A stretch of 58,413 bases of DNA from Bacteroidia bacterium (GTDB lineage Bacteria > Bacteroidota > Bacteroidia > AKYH767-A > OLB10), in assembly GCA_016788185.1 (NCBI GenBank), contig JAEUTF010000197.1:1-58413 (forward strand), written 5' to 3'. The position numbers and the translations under genes were made by a program. Positions 1 through 6,563 of the stretch are shown here, in pieces; within the stretch, counting starts at the first letter, position 1; each line of letters begins with the position of its first letter. The notes beneath the pieces were generated by a model. That model ran no database searches. It was not told the origin of the DNA and worked only from the letters and a program-made list of their open reading frames with translations.

Positions 1-705
1 CTTGTACACTTTTGATTGCCTGTACAGGTAATCGACGGATTGTTCCGCTTCCGCCAGGATTTTATAGAGATACCGTACTTCTCCATCACCATGACCGTCG
101 TGGTACATGCGGCTCAAGCCTTCCATCATACTTCCGGACAAAGCCTTCTTCATCCGGTCAGGATTTCTCAAGGAAAGTCCGTTCACCTCCTCTCCCTTTA
201 AAGCCAGACTCAGGCTGTCATCCAGTTCAAGAGCATGGTGCGGCAATTCACCCCCCTTGCAGGTATGATCAAGGTATCGCCCGAGCCAGCCCGTTTGTAC
301 AATTTCCATGCTCCCGCTTCCACTCTGCCAGATATCCATTGATCTGAAATGGGAACGGTCCGGATTCGGATAGCCTACCCCGTTAACTATGCACAGCTCT
401 CCATCGTCAAAAACCGGCCGTAGTGCTTCCAGAGCCGGATGGAGTCCGGTTTCATCGTTCAGCCGAATGACTTCCATCGCGTCAAGGGCCAGTCCCGGCC
501 GATGGCGGTAGTACAGGTCATTGGTATAGGGAATCACCGTGTTCAGTCCATCGTTTCCTCCCGACAACTGAACCACCACCAGGATGCGTGGTCGATCGTC
601 CGGGACTCCGGCCGCTGAAACAGGAACGAGGAACCTGGGCAGCCAGCAGGACGCCGAGGCGATGGATCCCAACTCAATGAATTTTCTTCTGGTGATTTTT
701 TCCAT
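1..705 (-). CDS. DUF1501 family protein (sulfatase-like, Tat-exported); C-terminus cut by window edge
   Basis: Not in the ORF track because it runs off the window. Reverse-strand translation from ATG at 705 gives MEKITRRKFIELGSIASASCWLP (twin-arginine signal), VVVQLSGGNDGLNT and GYPNPDRSHFRSMDIWQSG, typical of DUF1501. It starts 1 nt after the DUF1800 stop, the usual DUF1800-DUF1501 pairing. Confidence 0.8.
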   Translation of the reverse strand, partial: MEKITRRKFIELGSIASASCWLPRFLVPVSAAGVPDDRPRILVVVQLSGGNDGLNTVIPYTNDLYYRHRPGLALDAMEVIRLNDETGLHPALEALRPVFDDGELCIVNGVGYPNPDRSHFRSMDIWQSGSGSMEIVQTGWLGRYLDHTCKGGELPHHALELDDSLSLALKGEEVNGLSLRNPDRMKKALSGSMMEGLSRMYHDGHGDGEVRYLYKILAEAEQSVDYLYRQSKVYK

Positions 706-706
706 T

Positions 707-2092
707 TCAGCAAACCTGGTACTCGGGCAATGTACTTACATAAAGCACGGCCTCCTTCCTCCTGCTTTTTTCATCGACTCCGGACAGGTACTCTTTACCG
801 CGTTTTAAAAGCTCTGCACCCGGCCCTACTGCCAACATGAACGAAGCCAGGTGCGTGAACAGATCATCCGTAGTCCATGCATCATATCTCCGGTAGAAGG
901 CATTCCAGTCGGCCTTGCTTTTAAATCGTCCTTCTGTCTGACTCTCCCGGAAGGAATCGTTCGCATCGCCGGAATCCTTTATAACCAAATCAGGCAGGTT
1001 GTTATCCAGCAGCACCCTGCTGAGCCGCAGCCTGAGTGAAAGCGTGGAATGATCAATCCAGGCTCTGCCAGGAGGCCAGCCCGCCACATTCGGAGGATTG
1101 AACAATACCTGTCCGAGTAATTTCTGAAATCCAATCGCCACATTGTGGTTGGCAAAGCTCACCTTAAAGTCGCGAATCAGCGGAATCATCAGCTCGACCG
1201 GGGATTTAATCAGTGCGCCTTTATATTTTGCCGCATAGAACCAGTCAGACAGAAATACCGATTTCAGTAACTCCCGGATATCGTATCCCTTCTTGTAAAA
1301 ATCATCAGCGAGCAATCTTATCTTATCCTCATCGGCTTGTAAACTGACAAAGTGCTTCCAGAATTTGCGTACCAGGTACACCGCTGTTTGCTTCTGCTCC
1401 AACACATGCGCCAGTACATCCTCCCCGCTCAATCGCCCCTTTTTTCCCAACACTTCTTTCCATCCATCATCGTGTTGTCCTGCCCTGAACGCAAAAACCC
1501 CTTCTCTATTAAAACTCCATCCCGTAAACGCACGGGCCGTTTCAGCCACATCTTTCTCCGTGTAATTCCCTCTTCCCATGGTAAACAATTCCAGAAGTTC
1601 CCTGGCAAAATTTTCATTCGGATGCGCTTTCCTGTTCTGCTGGTTATTGAGAAACTGCAACATGGCCGGCGACCTGGAAACACCCCTCAACAGGTCACCG
1701 AAATTACCGAGTGCGTGTTCACGGATAAGGTTGTTCAGATGCAGCGCGAAGACCGGATTGCCGGTTCTGCAGGAAAAATGATTCGCCCAAAAAAGGGTCA
1801 TTCTTTCACGAAGTTCCTGTTCACCGGAACAAAGTCGTGACAACCAGACCGCATTCAGCATTTTCATGGATTCCTGCCTGGAGCGGAATACGCCGGCACG
1901 ATTCTCCTGCTTCCTGCCATCCATAGCTTCATGGTTTCCATCAGGCAGATCCAGACTCAATGGATTTACCTTTTCGGACTCCTTCAGAAGCTGATGAAAA
2001 TGCTCATTGATTCCGGATCCGGATTCCACAGCCAGTAAGGAGCGGCCAAATGCTGCCCGGTTGTATAAGTGAAAAAGATCGCGTTCCATCAT
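707..2092 (-). CDS. DUF1800 family protein
   Basis: 461-aa ORF. N-terminal HLYNRAAFG and central LFWANHF, NNQQNRKAHPNENFARELLELFTMG and TGWS blocks are characteristic of DUF1800. It is immediately upstream of a DUF1501 gene. Confidence 0.8.
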   Translation of the reverse strand: MMERDLFHLYNRAAFGRSLLAVESGSGINEHFHQLLKESEKVNPLSLDLPDGNHEAMDGRKQENRAGVFRSRQESMKMLNAVWLSRLCSGEQELRERMTLFWANHFSCRTGNPVFALHLNNLIREHALGNFGDLLRGVSRSPAMLQFLNNQQNRKAHPNENFARELLELFTMGRGNYTEKDVAETARAFTGWSFNREGVFAFRAGQHDDGWKEVLGKKGRLSGEDVLAHVLEQKQTAVYLVRKFWKHFVSLQADEDKIRLLADDFYKKGYDIRELLKSVFLSDWFYAAKYKGALIKSPVELMIPLIRDFKVSFANHNVAIGFQKLLGQVLFNPPNVAGWPPGRAWIDHSTLSLRLRLSRVLLDNNLPDLVIKDSGDANDSFRESQTEGRFKSKADWNAFYRRYDAWTTDDLFTHLASFMLAVGPGAELLKRGKEYLSGVDEKSRRKEAVLYVSTLPEYQVC

Positions 2093-2171
2093 CCCTTTGA
2101 CTTCTGAACAGACCTGAACGTTTAAAGAAGACGGGGTGGAGAATTATCCGATGATGATCCCCACAACAGTA

Positions 2172-2609
2172 TTACTCAGATTCCAGTTCCGCTCTCAGTT
2201 CGGCCGGCAATGCACTCAGCACATGACTGATTTCACCGGCAGAAACATGATAAGAAAGCACTTTGAAAACAGCTTTTATGGCATCGTCCACAGCCCCCTC
2301 ATAATAAAAATCCTTGATGGCGGCAAAGTCATCTTCCTTCATCACTTCGGTGCGAAAATCCTCAATGTGCCTGATTTTTGAAGGATTCATGCGCACCCTC
2401 CAGCCATCCACATAAACCGCTTTTATGGCCATCGGCAACTGCGACAGAAACTGGAAAGATTCTTCAATGGTAAGCCTGTTTCTCAATGCCCGTAATACGC
2501 ACCGAAGCAGTCGACCGGCGCGGTCGGTATCTTCTGTTTTCAATTCTTTTGCTACTTCAGCTACAAAGGATTTCCCTTTCGCAGCATACTCATCGAATCT
2601 CAAGGCCAT
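2172..2609 (-). CDS. DUF2267 domain protein
   Basis: 145-aa ORF with two helical repeats of DUF2267 type (RAGRLLRCVLRALRNRLTIEESFQFLSQLP; DDAIKAVFKVLSYHVSAGEISHVLSALPAELRAEL). It has its own -7 box at 2642-2649. Confidence 0.7.
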   Translation of the reverse strand: MALRFDEYAAKGKSFVAEVAKELKTEDTDRAGRLLRCVLRALRNRLTIEESFQFLSQLPMAIKAVYVDGWRVRMNPSKIRHIEDFRTEVMKEDDFAAIKDFYYEGAVDDAIKAVFKVLSYHVSAGEISHVLSALPAELRAELESE

Positions 2610-2641
2610 GGGCTCTCTTTTTTATAGGCCACTAAAAATAC

Positions 2642-2649
2642 CAAAACTA
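2642..2649 (-). promoter_or_regulatory. Bacteroidota -7 box TAGTTTTG upstream of the DUF2267 gene
   Basis: Matches TAnnTTTG. There are 32 nt between the motif G and ATG 2609. Confidence 0.45.
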
Positions 2650-2655
2650 GCGGAT

Positions 2656-2691
2656 AAAAAAAAACCGCACTGCCTGAATCGGGCAATGCGG
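2656..2691 (-). terminator. intrinsic terminator after the 126-aa gene
   Basis: 10-bp stem CCGCATTGCC / GGCAGTGCGG with a 7-nt loop, followed by a 9-nt T-run on the minus strand. Confidence 0.8.
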
Positions 2692-2716
2692 CTTCCATAC
2701 TTTCAGGTCTGCAAGC

Positions 2717-3097
2717 TTACATCCACCTGGAAAGGAAAGTAATCAATTCCCTGCGAAGATCATTGATGATTTTCTCAAAAGTATCCACGTCATCACGCAA
2801 ATGCGAATGATCATCCCATTTCAGATGATCCGCAGCCACATCGTTCTTCTTAAGATGATCTTCAATTACGTTTTCGTATTCTTTGATATTGTGCCTGAGG
2901 ATATCCGCCTGCTCATCCTGAACGATCAACTGGTTCTGAAAATGTTCCACATGGGCCTGCACTTCCCGATCGGTGTTTTTGGCAGCTACCTCTGAAAGCC
3001 GGTTGCGCATCACCTTGATCTCATCTTTGTAAAACGACATTTTATTCAGCCATTCCTTGTGCTCGGCGTGGAGATCATACACATATTTCTTTTCCAT
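2717..3097 (-). CDS. hypothetical His/Asp/Glu-rich helical protein
   Basis: 126-aa ORF with clean coding potential. It is followed by a strong terminator hairpin at 2656-2691. I recognise no family with confidence. Confidence 0.6.
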   Translation of the reverse strand: MEKKYVYDLHAEHKEWLNKMSFYKDEIKVMRNRLSEVAAKNTDREVQAHVEHFQNQLIVQDEQADILRHNIKEYENVIEDHLKKNDVAADHLKWDDHSHLRDDVDTFEKIINDLRRELITFLSRWM

Positions 3098-3292
3098 AAT
3101 TTGTATTTTTTTGATGTTACGAAACTCTCGCTTTTTACAGCGAATTTGAATGATTAGAGGTAGCTAAAATAGTGATTTTAATCATGACCAGAAAACAAAT
3201 CCCCACTGAGCAGGAGTGGAAGCCCAGACATGAATTAAGGAGGCATTGCTTTCCATTCGCAGGTGAATGAAAGTACATCCAATGGGTTTGAT

Positions 3293-3300
3293 TAAATTTG
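3293..3300 (+). promoter_or_regulatory. -7 box TAAATTTG upstream of the cca-like gene
   Basis: Matches TAnnTTTG, 6 nt before ATG 3307. A leaderless or near-leaderless transcript is predicted. Confidence 0.5.
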
Positions 3301-3306
3301 CCCTTC

Positions 3307-4743
3307 ATGGCCATAGTACAGGAATTTGTTAAAAATGCAGAGAAGGACCCCTTTTTCAGAACCCTGGCTGCTGTTTTACAAAGGCATCAAATTCAGGCTT
3401 TTCTGATTGGCGGATATGTACGGGATCTGTTTCTTGGGCGTCCCTGCAAGGACATTGATATCACGGTCATTGGCGACGGCACGAGGGCTGCACAACTGGT
3501 GGCGGATGAATTGGGTGTAAAAGGCGAAGTACATATTTTCAAAAATTTCGGTACTGCCATGTTTAAATACCAGGATCTTGATATTGAATTTGTTGGAGCC
3601 AGGAAGGAGTCTTACTCCAACCTCTCCAGGAAGCCAGCGGTCAGTATCGGTAGTCTGGCAGACGATCAAAACCGAAGAGACTTCACCATCAATGCCTTGG
3701 CGATCAGCCTGAGCAAAGAGGATTTTGGATCACTTCTGGACCCTTTCAACGGCATGGCCGACCTTCACGTAGGTGTAATCCGCACCCCACTCGATCCGCT
3801 GATTACCTATTCCGACGACCCTTTGCGCATGATGCGTGCCATCCGATTTGCCACACAACTAAACTTTAACATTGAACCCGCTTCTTTTCAAGCCATCCGC
3901 ACCCAGAAAAAGCGAATTGAAATCATCAGTAAGGAACGAATAGCGGATGAACTGAACAAGATCATTTTATCCGGCCAGCCCTCGGTGGGATTCAAACTAC
4001 TCAGAGAATGCGGACTTTTACCATTAATCTTTCCTGAATTATCGGCTTTGGAGGGGGTGGAAACCAGACAGGGCAAAAGCCACAAGGATAATTTCTTCCA
4101 CACGCTTGAAGTCCTGGATAACCTCAGCGGATTGTCGCCGGACCTCTGGCTGAGATGGGCTGCGCTCCTACACGATATTGCCAAACCATCCACCAAACGT
4201 TTTGACCCGGATCAGGGCTGGACCTTTCACGGGCATGAGGACAAAGGCGCACGGATGGTGCCCGGAATTTTCCGGAATCTTAAGCTGCCCATGAATGAAA
4301 AAATGAAGTATGTGCAGAAACTGGTACTGCTTCATTTAAGACCCATTGTACTCGCAAAAAGTGAAGTGTCCGACTCGGCCGTGAGAAGACTTTTATTTGA
4401 AGCAGGTGACGACATCGACGACCTGATGAAACTATGTCAGGCCGATGTAACGACAAAAAACGAATACAAGCAAAAAAAGTACAGAGCTAATTTTGAACTG
4501 GTAAAGCAGAAACTTGTTGAAGTTGAAGAGAAAGACAAAGTACGAAACTGGCAGCCTCCGGTGACCGGGGAGTTGATCATGCAGGAGTTTAACCTGAAGC
4601 CCGGCCGCGAAATCGGCCTCATTAAAAACGCCATTCGGGAAGCAATTCTTGATGGCATCATTCCCAATGAATACGAGGCAGCATACGCATTTATGCTGGA
4701 AAGAGCAAGAGAAATCGGCTTGACTCCTGTTAACAAAAAATAG
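3307..4743 (+). CDS. tRNA nucleotidyltransferase / poly(A) polymerase family protein with HD domain (CCA-adding-enzyme-like)
   Basis: GGYVRDLFLGRPCKDIDI nucleotidyltransferase motif, RRDFTINA, and an HD region (LLHDIAKP, HGHEDKG). ATG 3307 is preferred over the track start TTG 3298 because that TTG lies inside the -7 box at 3293-3300. Confidence 0.85.
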   Translation: MAIVQEFVKNAEKDPFFRTLAAVLQRHQIQAFLIGGYVRDLFLGRPCKDIDITVIGDGTRAAQLVADELGVKGEVHIFKNFGTAMFKYQDLDIEFVGARKESYSNLSRKPAVSIGSLADDQNRRDFTINALAISLSKEDFGSLLDPFNGMADLHVGVIRTPLDPLITYSDDPLRMMRAIRFATQLNFNIEPASFQAIRTQKKRIEIISKERIADELNKIILSGQPSVGFKLLRECGLLPLIFPELSALEGVETRQGKSHKDNFFHTLEVLDNLSGLSPDLWLRWAALLHDIAKPSTKRFDPDQGWTFHGHEDKGARMVPGIFRNLKLPMNEKMKYVQKLVLLHLRPIVLAKSEVSDSAVRRLLFEAGDDIDDLMKLCQADVTTKNEYKQKKYRANFELVKQKLVEVEEKDKVRNWQPPVTGELIMQEFNLKPGREIGLIKNAIREAILDGIIPNEYEAAYAFMLERAREIGLTPVNKK

Positions 4744-4783
4744 GGTTTTTCACTTTTTCCTGAAAATATTTAAAGGACGGGTT

Positions 4784-4791
4784 TATCTTTG
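4784..4791 (+). promoter_or_regulatory. -7 box TATCTTTG upstream of the MM3350-like gene
   Basis: Matches TAnnTTTG, 18 nt before ATG 4810. Confidence 0.55.
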
Positions 4792-4809
4792 CATCATTAA
4801 GACAGCATC

Positions 4810-5469
4810 ATGCCAGTAGTATACCGCTTCCGGGTCACGTTTGAAGATTACGATGAAGTAACCAGGGACATTGAAATCAAAAGCACCCAGTTCTTCTCTG
4901 AACTTCACCAAACCATTCAGTCCTCCATCGGTTTCGACAACAGCAAGCCGGCCTCTTTTTACATGAGCAATGACAATTGGATCAAAGGTCAGGAAATCAG
5001 TACAGAGCCGCGTACCGACAAACAAGGCAATAAATCGGTGCTGATGAGTGACGCACGCCTCTGTGATTACATTGCCGATCCACACCAGAAAATATATTAC
5101 ATCAGCGACTATGATGCCGCCTGGACATTTCAAATCCTTCTGATGAAGATAGTGCCTCAGGCAGATCCCATGAAAAATTATCCGGCTTGTGTCAAATCCA
5201 CCGGTGAAGCGCCGAAGCAGTATGTGCAGACTTCCGTTCCGAAAATCATTGCGGTGGAGGACGAAGAATTCAACAACCTGATGATGGAAGAAGAGACGGA
5301 CGATACCGAAGACACAGCAGAAGACAGCATTCTCGGTGATACCGAAGATGGCGTTGAGATGGAAGAAATTCAGGGCATGAGTGAAGAAGGAGAAGAGGAA
5401 GAAACAGAAGATGGAGAAGGCGAAGTGAACTACAATGAATCTGAAGAAGATCAAAAAGAAGATTACTGA
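4810..5469 (+). CDS. MM3350 / plasmid pRiA4b ORF-3-like domain protein with poly-acidic C-terminal tail
   Basis: The N-terminal ~150 aa fit the pRiA4b_ORF3 pattern (YRFRVTF, R-I-I, F-ELH-IQ, GF, F, YISDYDAAWTFQILL). The last ~70 aa are almost entirely D/E/T/G. It has its own -7 box (4784-4791) and terminator (5492-5521). The equally long antisense ORF 4783-5454 is rejected. Confidence 0.65.
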   Translation: MPVVYRFRVTFEDYDEVTRDIEIKSTQFFSELHQTIQSSIGFDNSKPASFYMSNDNWIKGQEISTEPRTDKQGNKSVLMSDARLCDYIADPHQKIYYISDYDAAWTFQILLMKIVPQADPMKNYPACVKSTGEAPKQYVQTSVPKIIAVEDEEFNNLMMEEETDDTEDTAEDSILGDTEDGVEMEEIQGMSEEGEEEETEDGEGEVNYNESEEDQKEDY

Positions 5470-5491
5470 GTTTAAAGAAATTTACCGGTAG

Positions 5492-5521
5492 AACCACAGA
5501 GTATATTCTTTGTGGTTTTTC
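5492..5521 (+). terminator. intrinsic terminator after the MM3350-like gene
   Basis: Stem ACCACAGAG / CTTTGTGGT (one G:T pair) with a 5-6 nt AT loop, then TTTTT. Confidence 0.7.
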
Positions 5522-5563
5522 TATTAATGCCCCATTATACGGCCCTGGCAATTCATTCCGGCA

Positions 5564-6460
5564 ATGCATCACAAACTGATCATCATAGGCGGTCCGACCG
5601 CTTCCGGTAAATCGGCACTGGCCATGCAACTGGCGGAACATTATAGCACGGAAATAATCTCCGCCGATTCCCGGCAGTGCTACCGGGAACTGAACATCGG
5701 AACGGCCAAACCCGACCCTGCCGACCTAAACAAAATCAAGCATCACTTTGTCCATTCTCATTCCATTCATGAGCCTTTTAATGCCGGTATTTTTGCGGAA
5801 GAAGCTAAACGATTATTACAAACCCTTTTCGGCCGGTACGAGGTCGTGATTGTGGTGGGTGGTACCGGACTTTATCTGAAAGCACTGACTGAGGGGCTCG
5901 ATGATTTTCCAGCCATTGAAGAGCAAAACCGGAACCAGGTTAAAGAAATGTATAAGCGGGAGGGACTCTCCGGTCTGACCCGATATCTGACAGAACGGGA
6001 CCCGGATTTTCTGGCACAGGCCGATGCACTCAATCCCGCAAGGCTCATGCGGGCAGCTGAAATCATTTTGCAGAGCGGTATGCCTTTTTCATCCTTCACC
6101 CGCAGGAAAAAAAGTGCATTTCCATGGGATACGATTAAAATGGTACCGGATTGGGATCGGAATACCCTGTATTCTAAAATTAATGCAAGGGTAGATCAGA
6201 TGATGGAAGCCGGATTACTGGACGAGGTAAAAACCTTGTTTCCATACCGATCGCTGAAACCCCTTCAAACCGTCGGATATTCGGAATTGTTTGATCATCT
6301 GGAGGGAAAATACGATCTCCAAACCGCCATCCAACGAATCAAACAGCATAGCCGGAACTATGCGAAGAGGCAAATCACCTGGTTTAAAAATCAGGATCAG
6401 TATCTGTTTTTGCCCCATGAGAGGGCCTACGAGAAGGTACTCGAAATGATGGACTTCTAA
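5564..6460 (+). CDS. miaA: tRNA dimethylallyltransferase
   Basis: P-loop GGPTASGKS, plus RQCYRELNIGTAKP and YAKRQITWFKN. Length of 298 aa is typical. Confidence 0.93.
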   Translation: MHHKLIIIGGPTASGKSALAMQLAEHYSTEIISADSRQCYRELNIGTAKPDPADLNKIKHHFVHSHSIHEPFNAGIFAEEAKRLLQTLFGRYEVVIVVGGTGLYLKALTEGLDDFPAIEEQNRNQVKEMYKREGLSGLTRYLTERDPDFLAQADALNPARLMRAAEIILQSGMPFSSFTRRKKSAFPWDTIKMVPDWDRNTLYSKINARVDQMMEAGLLDEVKTLFPYRSLKPLQTVGYSELFDHLEGKYDLQTAIQRIKQHSRNYAKRQITWFKNQDQYLFLPHERAYEKVLEMMDF

Positions 6461-6537
6461 AATTGGACTTTTCTAATAATAAAATTCATTCGAAAGGCAT
6501 GACGCTTCCCCTTTCATTTTCACGGGGGTGATATCTT

Positions 6538-6545
6538 TATATTTG
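6538..6545 (+). promoter_or_regulatory. -7 box TATATTTG upstream of the metalloprotease gene
   Basis: Matches TAnnTTTG, 18 nt before ATG 6564. Confidence 0.55.
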
Positions 6546-6563
6546 TATACACATCCAAACTCT

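Noticed and set aside
12-347. Two plus-strand ORFs (111 aa and 61 aa) at the left edge.
   Set aside because: They are antisense to the DUF1501 coding frame, which is continuous from 705 to the window edge.
3184-3270. A 28-codon ORF (MTRKQIPTEQEWKPRHELRRHCFPFAGE) in the divergent promoter region.
   Set aside because: It has no -7 box or other start signal, is very short, and nothing suggests conservation.
4783-5454. A 223-aa minus-strand ORF almost coextensive with the MM3350-like gene.
   Set aside because: Its product is low-complexity and Phe-rich (the reverse complement of the GAA/GAG-rich acidic-tail codons) with no recognisable motifs. The plus-strand frame has family-like motifs, a -7 box and a terminator.
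5270-5460. A purine-rich GAA/GAG/GAT tract that looks like a degenerate microsatellite.
   Set aside because: It is in frame and encodes the acidic tail. It is not a perfect tandem repeat.
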